A stretch of DNA of 30,029 bases from Candidatus Acetothermia bacterium. GTDB taxonomy: Bacteria; Bipolaricaulota; Bipolaricaulia; RBG-16-55-9; DRXL01. The translations under genes and the position numbers were made by a program. The notes beneath the pieces were generated by a model. The model did not search any database, was not told where the DNA came from, and saw only the letters and a list, made by a program, of their open reading frames with translations. The DNA lies in contig JAJHSH010000011.1 in assembly GCA_022683945.1 (NCBI GenBank), forward strand, positions 1 to 30,029. Reading direction: 5' to 3'. Below, piece after piece: positions 18,643 through 26,380 of the stretch. The number at the start of each line of letters is the position of its first letter. The first letter of the stretch is position 1.

Positions 18643-20028
18643 ATGTCTCGATTGACTACCAAAGATGTCCAACAACTTCAGACGCTGCTCGGCTCTGACC
18701 GGGTGCTCACCGGCGAATCCGAACTCAGCATTCACTCCCGCGACGAGTCCCATCACCCAGAGCATAAGCCCGATGCCGTCATCTATCCCCAAGACGCTAC
18801 AGAAGTCTCGAAGATTCTCAGATGGGCCAACGAGCACAAGATCCCCGTCACGGCTTGGGGCGCAGGCACGAGCCTAGAAGCCAACCCCGTCCCCGTTCAC
18901 GGTGGGATCGTCCTGGATCTCTCGCGAATGAATCAGATTCTCGCTATCTATCCCGAAGACTTGCAGGCCGTCGTCCAGCCGGGAGTCAACCGTGTCCTCT
19001 TCAATCAAAAACTAGCGCACTCTGGGCTCTTCTTTCCCCCCGATCCGGGGGCTGAGTGCACCATCGGCGGCATGGTCGCCAACAACGCCGCGGGCATCCA
19101 AGCGATCAAATACGGCGCAACCAAAGATTATCTCTTGGCTTTAGAAGTCGTGCTCGCCAGCGGAGAAATTCTCAGAGTGGGCAATCGCGCCCTGCGAACG
19201 TCGTCAGGCTATGATTTGGTACATCTCTTTGTCGGCTCCGAAGGGACGTTGGGAATCTTCACGGAGATCACCGTGCGCGTGGCGGGCATCCCGAAAGAAG
19301 TCTCCGCGGCGACGGCCGCGTTCCCGACGTTAGAACAAGCTGCTCAAGCCGTGGTGCAGATCGTCCAATCGGGGCTGGAGCCGGCAGCGCTGGAGCTGCT
19401 CGACCCGGAGTGCATCTATGCTATTAATTATCTGAAGAACCTCTCGTTGGCGCTGCAACCCACGCTCTTTTTGGAGTTTCGCGCGCACGCTCTAGAAGTG
19501 GTGCGCGACGACCTGCGTTTTGCGCAAGAGATCTGCGAGCACAACGGTTGCACAAGCTTTTCAAGTGCGCTGGGCCGAGAAGAGCGTGACAAGCTCTGGG
19601 AGGGGCGGCATCACTTGGCCTACGCAGCGGCTGCTCTCAATCCGGGCAAGCGTGCTATTGTTGTGGATGTTGCCGTGCCCATCTCGCATTTTCCCGAAAT
19701 GGTGGCATTCGCGCGACAGAAACTATCAGAACAGAGCTTACAAGGCCCGGTCTTCGGACACGCCGGCGACGGGAACTTTCACGTGGCGATCTTCTATAAT
19801 CCCGAAGATCTCCAAGAGAAAGCGCGAGCCCAAGCGGTGAATGAAGCCATCGTCTTCCGTGCGCTGGCGCTTGGGGGCACCGCTACGGGAGAGCACGGTG
19901 TCGGCGTGGGCAAGATCAAATTTATGCGCGCCGAGCACGGCGCAAGTTATGACCTGATGCGCCAGATCAAAAGGCTCTTAGATCCCCATAATATTCTGAA
20001 CCCCGGAAAGCTTTTTTCGACAATATGA
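18643..20028 (+). CDS. FAD-binding oxidoreductase (GlcD / D-lactate dehydrogenase family)
   Basis: The ORF is 461 aa. It has an N-terminal FAD-binding PCMH-type domain (HPEHKPDAVIYPQDATEVSKILRWANEHKIPVTAWGAGTS..GG.V.DLSRMN). The C-terminus has ..GEHGVGVGK... Confidence 0.8.
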   Translation: MSRLTTKDVQQLQTLLGSDRVLTGESELSIHSRDESHHPEHKPDAVIYPQDATEVSKILRWANEHKIPVTAWGAGTSLEANPVPVHGGIVLDLSRMNQILAIYPEDLQAVVQPGVNRVLFNQKLAHSGLFFPPDPGAECTIGGMVANNAAGIQAIKYGATKDYLLALEVVLASGEILRVGNRALRTSSGYDLVHLFVGSEGTLGIFTEITVRVAGIPKEVSAATAAFPTLEQAAQAVVQIVQSGLEPAALELLDPECIYAINYLKNLSLALQPTLFLEFRAHALEVVRDDLRFAQEICEHNGCTSFSSALGREERDKLWEGRHHLAYAAAALNPGKRAIVVDVAVPISHFPEMVAFARQKLSEQSLQGPVFGHAGDGNFHVAIFYNPEDLQEKARAQAVNEAIVFRALALGGTATGEHGVGVGKIKFMRAEHGASYDLMRQIKRLLDPHNILNPGKLFSTI

Positions 20029-20073
20029 AAGTCCTTTCGGGCTATCTGTTCAACAGCGGATTTCGCTTTCCCA

Positions 20074-20099
20074 GTGGGCGCACGAGGACTTGAACCTCG
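20074..20099 (-). repeat. 26-bp direct repeat of the tRNA-Val 3' end (att-like remnant)
   Basis: GTGGGCGCACGAGGACTTGAACCTCG is identical to 21349-21374 within tRNA-Val. It covers the acceptor-stem 3' strand plus half of the T-arm. Flanking sequence diverges immediately. Confidence 0.8.
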
Positions 20100-20119
20100 T
20101 CTTAAAGTAGAATAGCAAG

Positions 20120-20569
20120 ATGCGTGTTGAGGTTGATTCCAGCGGTGTTTGGGGAGACTTGGCTAAACCTACCATATTCGCCTTCTCCAATAGCACCAAC
20201 TTCAGCCTCTGGATCGCACCGTCTATCAAAAAGACCTGCATCGAAGCGGTTCGCAAGCAGAAGGGTTGGACTGACGTCAACGACTATCTCCGTCTATATT
20301 CCATCAGCATCTTCTTACTACTGCGCGATCACTTGAAGCAGATTAGTGAAATTGTTCTGGACTTGGAGTATCCCAAGAAGATGGGGTTGGTGCGCTCCAC
20401 CTTGGTTGAGTTTATCAGTAAAACCGACCCCCAACTGGCTCGGACTCCGATTCGAGTCCGCCGGATTGGGAAGACCTCACGCGCTCACTACAAAGCCAAC
20501 GCGGTTTACCGGGGAGAGCAACCGGCTGATCGCTGGGTTCAAGCGAAAGAGATCCTGGATTTGTTCTAA
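20120..20569 (+). CDS. hypothetical protein (no recognisable domain) inside tRNA-Val-associated mini-island
   Basis: The ORF is 149 aa and starts 21 nt after the att-like repeat. Its composition differs from the flanks. No known motifs were recognised. Confidence 0.4.
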   Translation: MRVEVDSSGVWGDLAKPTIFAFSNSTNFSLWIAPSIKKTCIEAVRKQKGWTDVNDYLRLYSISIFLLLRDHLKQISEIVLDLEYPKKMGLVRSTLVEFISKTDPQLARTPIRVRRIGKTSRAHYKANAVYRGEQPADRWVQAKEILDLF

Positions 20570-20765
20570 AAAAAAAGCGCGATCGGGGGAGCTGCTCGCT
20601 CTGAACTTGGGTCACAAGCCCCGCACGATCCGGGGATTCCCCAAGCCTCCCGATCTGCACAACTATATTAAAGCATTTGTCAACCTTTTTGTCAAGGTCG
20701 TCGGGTCGGTGCGCCAAGAGATCGTTATACTAACAATTTGCTGTGCAGGCGTCGCGCAGTGCGTA

Positions 20766-20851
20766 GAGCTGACAGCAGATTCGGGTAGCGGATTAAGCAG
20801 ATTCAGCAAGAGAAATTAGCTTAATCTGCTACCGCAATCCGCTGTCAGCTC
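20766..20851. repeat. long imperfect inverted repeat (~33-bp arms, 4 mismatches, 20-nt loop) in the non-coding middle of the mini-island
   Basis: The left arm is GAGCTGACAGCAGATTCGGGTAGCGGATTAAGC. The reverse complement of the right arm is GAGCTGACAGCGGATTGCGGTAGCAGATTAAGC. It lies between the two convergent island ORFs. Confidence 0.6.
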
Positions 20852-20888
20852 TTGATGATATGATCAAATCAGTATTACATGGGCCAAG

Positions 20889-21335
20889 CTAAATCCGGAA
20901 AATCTCATGGCGGACTTTCTGAATAGCTAGGAAGCCAAGGACTAATGTGAGAACACTGATCACTAGTCCGATTAAAGCACCGCTTATTCCTTGCATCCAG
21001 AAGCCAACAAATGGTGAGATGAAAGTCAAAATTACCACGATTGCCAGCAGCCAAGGCTTAGTTTCGTAAAAATCTTTTATGGTGTGGAATATGCTCTCGT
21101 GGTAACCCTGAGTGGTTTTAGAGACACTCTGCAGGGATTCACATGGTATAGAAGCACTTTGGGAGACATCTTTTAGGAATTCTAGCTGTTGGCAAGTATC
21201 GGCAGAAACATTTTTTAGAGCTTCGATCTGCCCCATAGCGAAGGCTTCTACACGCTTATAGATAACTGTACAGTCGGGGTTCAGACACTTTCCTGCATGG
21301 CCGGAGGGCAGCTCATAGCCACATGTGCATTTCAT
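20889..21335 (-). CDS. small zinc-ribbon (CxCG...CxxxxC) protein with two C-terminal transmembrane helices; AT-rich gene
   Basis: The ORF is 148 aa. The N-terminus is MKCTCGYELPSGHAGKCLNPDC. The C-terminus has WLLAIVVILTFISPFVGFW and ALIGLVISVLTLVLGFLAI. It starts 10 nt downstream of the tRNA-Val 3' end. Its GC is visibly lower than the surrounding genes. Confidence 0.45.
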   Translation of the reverse strand: MKCTCGYELPSGHAGKCLNPDCTVIYKRVEAFAMGQIEALKNVSADTCQQLEFLKDVSQSASIPCESLQSVSKTTQGYHESIFHTIKDFYETKPWLLAIVVILTFISPFVGFWMQGISGALIGLVISVLTLVLGFLAIQKVRHEIFRI

Positions 21336-21345
21336 AAATGTTATC

Positions 21346-21420
21346 TGGTGGGCGCACGAGGACTTGAACCTCGGACCTCCTGCGTGTGAAGCAGGCGCTC
21401 TCCCGCTGAGCTATGCGCCC
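21346..21420 (-). tRNA. tRNA-Val (anticodon CAC)
   Basis: The reverse complement folds as a cloverleaf. The acceptor is GGGCGCA/TGCGCCC. The D-arm is GCTC-AGCGGGA-GAGC. The anticodon stem CCTGC/GCAGG has loop TTCACAC. The T-arm is CGAGG-TTCAAGT-CCTCG. CCA is encoded. Confidence 0.9.
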
Positions 21421-21462
21421 TATTCAGGGCAACACAAATACTAGCTCTTTCTCGAACCGCTT

Positions 21463-22599
21463 TCAACCCCCGTTGGACTCCTCTTCTAACAGACCCAGTA
21501 GACTCTCCCCCTCGCGCTTGCGCGTGATCTCCACCAACCCTAGCTTGGTGATGTCCACAAAATCCGCGGGAACTCGATCTTTCTTGAGTTCTTCTTGCAG
21601 TCTGTGAATCACCTTCTCCAGGTGGTCGCGACGCTTCATGTCCACAAAATCGGCGATAATAATCCCGCTCAGCTTGCGCAATCGCAGCTGGCGCGGGATC
21701 TCCACAGCCGCTTCTAAGTTGGTGTTGAGGATCGCCGTCTCTTGGTTCTGATGCTTGACATCGCTGCCGGTGTTCACGTCAATCGCCGTGAGAGCCTCCG
21801 TTTCGGCGATCACCAAGTAGCCCCCGCCGGGAAGCTTTACTTTGGGCTTAAGGCTCTCGCGTAATTGGCTCTCGACACCGTGCATCTCAAAGAGTGGGCG
21901 CTTCCCACGATAGAGCTGCACCAAATCCAGATAGGTTTCCATGTGCATATAACGCAAAAAATCTGAAATCTCTTGATGAGCTTCGTTGCTGTCTACCAAA
22001 ACCCGCTCGATATTGCCCAAAAGACGGTCCCGCAAGATCGCCTTGACCAAGTCCAGCCCGCGATAGAGGAGCGCGGGGGCGCTCGCGCGCCGAGCTTTCT
22101 CTTCGATCCCCTTCCAGGTGCCCAAGAGATAGTTAAAATCTCTCTCTAGATCTTCTTCAGAGGCCCCTTGCGCCGCCGTGCGCGCGATCAGCCCTTCGCC
22201 GGCTTTCTTGAGCTTGCGGGCGATGCGCTTGAGCCTGCGGCTCTCGCGCTCGTCGGCGATGCGGCGCGACGCGCCCAGGCGCTCGTCGGTGGGCAGGAAG
22301 ACCCAGTAGCGTCCCGGCAGGCTGACCTTGAGCGTCCCTTGGGGGTTCTTGCTGCCGATGGCTTCGCGCTTGACCTGGATGATAAGCTCTTGCCCGCTCT
22401 TGAGGATCTTTTGGATCGTCGCGCCGCGCCGATGGCCTTTGAGCTGCGCATCGTTCAGCTCTTTGAGCGAAAGAAAGAGATTCTGCCCCTTGCCCACGTC
22501 CACAAACGTTGCGTTGATCCCCGGCAGGATGTCCCGCGCGATCCCTTTGTGGATATTCCCCAGAATGCGCTGCGGGTCTTCGTAATAGATCTCCATCAA
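21463..22599 (-). CDS. rng: Rne/Rng-family ribonuclease (RNase G-like; S1 domain plus catalytic domain)
   Basis: The N-terminal S1 domain is GNIHKGIARDILPGINATFVDVG. The catalytic motif is GGGYLVIAETEALTAIDVNTG...NLEAAVEIPRQLRLRKLSGIIIADFVDM. At 378 aa it is shorter than E. coli RNase G. Confidence 0.8.
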   Translation of the reverse strand: MMEIYYEDPQRILGNIHKGIARDILPGINATFVDVGKGQNLFLSLKELNDAQLKGHRRGATIQKILKSGQELIIQVKREAIGSKNPQGTLKVSLPGRYWVFLPTDERLGASRRIADERESRRLKRIARKLKKAGEGLIARTAAQGASEEDLERDFNYLLGTWKGIEEKARRASAPALLYRGLDLVKAILRDRLLGNIERVLVDSNEAHQEISDFLRYMHMETYLDLVQLYRGKRPLFEMHGVESQLRESLKPKVKLPGGGYLVIAETEALTAIDVNTGSDVKHQNQETAILNTNLEAAVEIPRQLRLRKLSGIIIADFVDMKRRDHLEKVIHRLQEELKKDRVPADFVDITKLGLVEITRKREGESLLGLLEEESNGG

Positions 22600-22645
22600 G
22601 CGCTTGTCTTCTAAGATAGCGACGCGGGTGCGCGGACCGAGTGTT

Positions 22646-23143
22646 TCAATTAAGATCTCTATAGAAATTCACCTCCTGTGCATCTTTGAGCAAAGCGAGT
22701 AACTGACGTAGCGATTGTTTAGTCACCGGGTGCGTCTGCTGGGGAGCCAACTCTAACAACGGCACGAGAACGAAACGACGACGATGCAACTCAGGGTGCG
22801 GGATGGTCAGATCGGGCTCGTGAATCGCGATATCGTCATAGAGCAGAATATCTAAATCTATCTCGCGCGGGCCGTGGCGTTCTCGATGTTGATGTTGCCG
22901 CCCCAGAGAGCGCTCGATCCCTTTGCAGAGAGCGAGCAACTCTTGCGGGCTTAACGTCGTTTCCAGCTCAATAACTGTGTTGAGAAACCAAGGCTGATTT
23001 GTGATCCCAATAGGTTCGCTTTCGTAAAGCCCGGCGCGGCGCAAGACGCTTATATGGGGAGTCCGCACCAGCGCCTCGATCGCTGATCTTATAAAGCTCT
23101 CTCTATCCCCCAGATTCGACCCCAGCCCGATATACACGCGCAT
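22646..23143 (-). CDS. folK: 2-amino-4-hydroxy-6-hydroxymethyldihydropteridine diphosphokinase
   Basis: MRVYIGLGSNLGDR ... REIDLDILLYDD are HPPK signature motifs. Confidence 0.88.
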   Translation of the reverse strand: MRVYIGLGSNLGDRESFIRSAIEALVRTPHISVLRRAGLYESEPIGITNQPWFLNTVIELETTLSPQELLALCKGIERSLGRQHQHRERHGPREIDLDILLYDDIAIHEPDLTIPHPELHRRRFVLVPLLELAPQQTHPVTKQSLRQLLALLKDAQEVNFYRDLN

Positions 23144-23508
23144 TATCTCCCTCGCCTGCGAACGACTTCGGCAGCTACTCTGTCTACTAGTATACCCGGC
23201 GGCAGGGGCGGACGCTCTTTGGAGACGCGAACCCGTACCCGCTGCACCGGAGAAAGATCTCTGAGCACTTGTTCGGCTATAGTTTGGGAGAAGCTCTCCA
23301 GCAACCGAAATGACTCGTCTTCGTTCACGCGCTGCGCGATCTCTATCACCCGGACGTAATCTATCGTTTGTGTCAGATCGTCTCGAATGGGAAAGTCGAA
23401 CGCCAATTGGATATCGAGCGAGAAGAACTGCCCGCGCTCGCGCTCTTCTCGCGTAGCTCCGTGATGGCCAAAGAGCTGTAGCCCTTTAATAATCAGGCGT
23501 CCCATCAT
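23143..23508 (-). CDS. folB: dihydroneopterin aldolase
   Basis: IKGLQLFGHHGATREERERGQFFSLDI is the FolB signature. Its stop overlaps the folK start. Confidence 0.82.
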   Translation of the reverse strand: MMGRLIIKGLQLFGHHGATREERERGQFFSLDIQLAFDFPIRDDLTQTIDYVRVIEIAQRVNEDESFRLLESFSQTIAEQVLRDLSPVQRVRVRVSKERPPLPPGILVDRVAAEVVRRRGR

Positions 23509-23514
23509 ACAAGT

Positions 23515-24783
23515 TCATACAAGTTGAGAGCGATCTGCCCACCAGATTTGGGCCGCGCCTACCAGAAAGAGCGAGCCGGTTACGCAGACCAAATCGTTCC
23601 CCTGCGCCTGTGCGAATGCTATCTCCAGCGCCTCCGACGGCTGGGAAATGCTTCGGCAGCGCTGGCCGCGCTCGCTGATCTTCTGAGCCAAAAGCTCTGC
23701 ACGGATCCCGCGAAACTCCGCTTGAGTGGCGATCACTTCATCGGCGATGGGCAAAATTTCATCGAGCATCGCTTCAACGTCTTTGCGATTGGAGATCCCC
23801 ATAACTAGAATTAAACGGCCGAAGCTCAATCTTTCTAAAGCTCGGCGCAGAGCGCCAAGCCCCGCAGGGTTCTTCGCGCCATCCAGCATAACATAGGGAT
23901 TTTTACAGAGCAACTCCATCCGCCCCGGCCAGCGCGCCCTTCTCAGCCCTTCTCGCAACGCGCGTTCATCTATGCGCGCGTCGTGCAGCGCCAGTGCTGC
24001 TTCTAGCGCCAAGACGGCGTTGGCTCGCTGATGCGTTCCCAGCATGGCGATCTCCAAGTTCTCCCACGAGCGCCAACTGAAAATCTGTCCATCCCAGTCT
24101 TCTTTCTTGCCCAGTGCAATCTCTTGAAGATCAAGACGAATGAGTTTTGCGCCTTTGTGGAGCACTTCACGTTCGATCTCGCGAAGCGCTTCGGGTTGGC
24201 TCTCCCCCGTGATGAGAATCCCGTGAGGAGCGACGACGGCGGCCTTCTCATAAGCGATGTGAGAGATAGTCGGTCCTAGTGTCTCTATGTGATCGAGCCC
24301 GACGTTGGTCAGCACCGAGACGTTGGGAGTGACGACACGTGTCGCGTCGCGCCGTGCGCCGACGCCGCATTCGATCACGGCATAGTCCACTCTCTGACGA
24401 TAAAAATAGTCGAGCGCCATCAGCGTCAAGACCTCAAAAAAGCGTGCGCGCGCCTCGCTCTCAGCGCCATAAAATCTTGCTATTGCTGCCCAAACGCGCT
24501 CGAATTCTCGCTGAAGCTCTTCCGAAGAGATCGGTTGACGAACGATCTGAATGCGCTCTTCCGGGGAGACCAGATGTGGCGAAGTGAAAAGCCCCACGCG
24601 GTAGCCGGCCTCTTGCAGAATCTGCGCGAGAAAGGCCGCTACGGAGCCCTTCCCGTTGGTGCCGGCGATGCGAACGGTCTGAAGCTTCTTCTGCGGCTCG
24701 CCTAAGAGCGTGAGAATCTTCTCTAATTCTAATCCAGAGCCTTTGAGATCATAAAGCTTCTGAAGCATTTCGTTATAGGTCAT
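23515..24783 (-). CDS. folC: bifunctional folylpolyglutamate synthase / dihydrofolate synthase
   Basis: The P-loop is IAGTNGKGS. The Mur-ligase family organisation is present. The ORF is 422 aa. Confidence 0.88.
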   Translation of the reverse strand: MTYNEMLQKLYDLKGSGLELEKILTLLGEPQKKLQTVRIAGTNGKGSVAAFLAQILQEAGYRVGLFTSPHLVSPEERIQIVRQPISSEELQREFERVWAAIARFYGAESEARARFFEVLTLMALDYFYRQRVDYAVIECGVGARRDATRVVTPNVSVLTNVGLDHIETLGPTISHIAYEKAAVVAPHGILITGESQPEALREIEREVLHKGAKLIRLDLQEIALGKKEDWDGQIFSWRSWENLEIAMLGTHQRANAVLALEAALALHDARIDERALREGLRRARWPGRMELLCKNPYVMLDGAKNPAGLGALRRALERLSFGRLILVMGISNRKDVEAMLDEILPIADEVIATQAEFRGIRAELLAQKISERGQRCRSISQPSEALEIAFAQAQGNDLVCVTGSLFLVGAAQIWWADRSQLV

Positions 24784-24784
24784 G

Positions 24785-25582
24785 TCATAGAGCCGCTAGG
24801 AGCCGCCGTAGCGGGCCGAACTCATAGATAGCCCCGTCATCAGAAACGGGATAGACCGAAAAATTCTCCAGATCTTTCAGATAGGGCGAGAGCGGGGCTT
24901 CTTTAGTCAGATCGCTCCCGCGCACCAGTTGATTGAACGAGGGCAAGACCAACAGATTCTCTCGCTCAAATCGTCCGACGAGAAAGCACTTATAGACTTC
25001 GGTGCGCTCGGTGATCGGGTCTCTTAGACTGATCGCAGGATGCTCGTGGCCGATGACGATCCATGACCTCTGTACCCTCTCCCTTTCAGGGAGAGGGAGG
25101 GGGTGAGGGTGTGGGGTTAGCTCTTGAGAGATGATCTCGTCCCCGTGGACGATCCAACAGTTCTCTTCGCGATGAGCCTTCGTGACGGTGACGTTGGAGT
25201 GATCTCTCTCAAGATAGGAGAGATCGCCATCGTGGTTGCCGGCGATGAGAAGAATCTGGTCCGTGCAGGGGCTTAGTAGGCGCAGGAGCTGTCGAGCCTC
25301 TTGGGCTTCGGTTTGCGAGAGCGGGCCGAACTGATGGCGCAGATCGCCGTTGATAATCAGACGTGAGAGCGGGTCTTGCCGCGAAATCTGGAGCGTTTGT
25401 AGAATCCGTTCGAGGCGCTGCTGAATCTGTGAGAGATGGCTTCGCGGGACGAAGACGCCCTCGTGGCGGAGCGCTTCTTCGATTCCTAAGTGCAAATCAG
25501 CAATAACAAGAACACGTGCTTGGGGCAGGAAGAGTGCGAGGTCTATCAGGTGCAACTCAGGCTCTAGGACGAGAGCGCGCAT
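24785..25582 (-). CDS. metallophosphoesterase (calcineurin-like) carrying an in-frame hairpin-repeat insertion
   Basis: Motifs are VIADLHLG, INGDL, IAGNHDGD and IGHEHP. The segment ...ELTPHPHPLPLPERERVQRS... between the GNHD and GHEH motifs is encoded by REP-like copy C. The start is 1 nt after the folC stop. Confidence 0.8.
   Translation of the reverse strand: MRALVLEPELHLIDLALFLPQARVLVIADLHLGIEEALRHEGVFVPRSHLSQIQQRLERILQTLQISRQDPLSRLIINGDLRHQFGPLSQTEAQEARQLLRLLSPCTDQILLIAGNHDGDLSYLERDHSNVTVTKAHREENCWIVHGDEIISQELTPHPHPLPLPERERVQRSWIVIGHEHPAISLRDPITERTEVYKCFLVGRFERENLLVLPSFNQLVRGSDLTKEAPLSPYLKDLENFSVYPVSDDGAIYEFGPLRRLLAAL
25075..25116. repeat. GC-rich hairpin repeat (REP/MITE-like), copy C, inserted in frame within the metallophosphoesterase CDS
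   Basis: CCCTCTCCCT-ttc-AGGGAGAGGG is a perfect 10-bp stem. It is followed by AGGGGGTGAGGGTGTGGGG. It shares the GGGAGAGG and GGGTGAGGG blocks with copies A and B. Confidence 0.65.
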
Positions 25583-25610
25583 CGAGAGAGATTATATCTC
25601 TTTTGTGCTG

Positions 25611-26066
25611 CTACCGCACGCGGATCTCGGATTCGAGCTCCAGCGGCTCTTGAGCGCCTTGGCTGGTGGCTACCGTGACCATGCCCGTGAGCTTCACCGT
25701 GCCCGTCTTGCCGCCGACTTTGATCGTATAGCTATGTTCTAAGCTCTCGCCGGCTTTGAGGCCCAGCTGGGCGGCGCGGTTCTGTGAGCCTTCGGCGAGC
25801 TGCCATCCAGTAGGCAAGGTCTCGCTCAGGAGCACGGCGCGCAGGTCTACTTTGGCCGTGATTTTAATCTGAACGGTGATCTCTTGCCCGGCTTTGACCG
25901 GGCTGAGAAAAGTTCGTGTGACCGTGACAAATTCGTTCGCGACTTCGACGGTCTGCAGTTTGGGTTTTTGGGGTGGAGGCGAGAAGAGGCCGCATCCGAC
26001 TAGAGAGATGAAGCTTGCCAGCAAAACGATGATACCGATCATAGAAAGAGCAGCGCGCTTGGTCAC
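25611..26066 (-). CDS. putative lipoprotein with beta-sandwich (DUF11/CARDB-like) fold
   Basis: A GTG start at 26066 gives the N-terminus VTKRAALSMIGIIVLLASFISLVGC (lipobox LVGC) with GGGAGAGGA 4 nt upstream. The rest is rich in T/V/K beta-strand patterns. The track ORF extends to 26084. Confidence 0.5.
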   Translation of the reverse strand: MTKRAALSMIGIIVLLASFISLVGCGLFSPPPQKPKLQTVEVANEFVTVTRTFLSPVKAGQEITVQIKITAKVDLRAVLLSETLPTGWQLAEGSQNRAAQLGLKAGESLEHSYTIKVGGKTGTVKLTGMVTVATSQGAQEPLELESEIRVR

Positions 26067-26124
26067 AGAATCCTCTCCCTGCAAACGTTTCTATAGGGGC
26101 ACGGCACGCCGTGCCTCTACGGGT

Positions 26125-26217
26125 TGGCGGAGGGGGTGGGATTTGAACCCACGGTAGAGGTTGAGCCCCTACAACGGATTAGCAATCCGTCCTCTTCGAC
26201 CGCTTGAGTACCCCTCC
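26125..26217 (-). tRNA. tRNA-Ser (anticodon GCU), type II with long variable arm
   Basis: The reverse complement is GGAGGGGTACTCAAGCGGTCGAAGAGGACGGATTGCTAATCCGT TGTAGGGGCTCAACCTCTACC GTGGGTTCAAATCCCAC CCCCTCC G CCA. The anticodon stem ACGGA/TCCGT has loop TTGCTAA. An 8-bp palindromic hairpin at 26097-26114 follows the 3' end. Confidence 0.9.
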
Positions 26218-26380
26218 GGGTTCAGAGAGCATCTTAACAGAAAGAGGCGCACCGAGCAAGCTCTAGCGGTCGCTGCGCCAAGAGATCGTTGCCATCGGGA
26301 GTCGGGTGTGGAGAGAGTCCTGAGCAGAAGGTGAGAAACAGCAGACTCACTCGTCACTGATTCTGATCCCTGCCAGTGCG

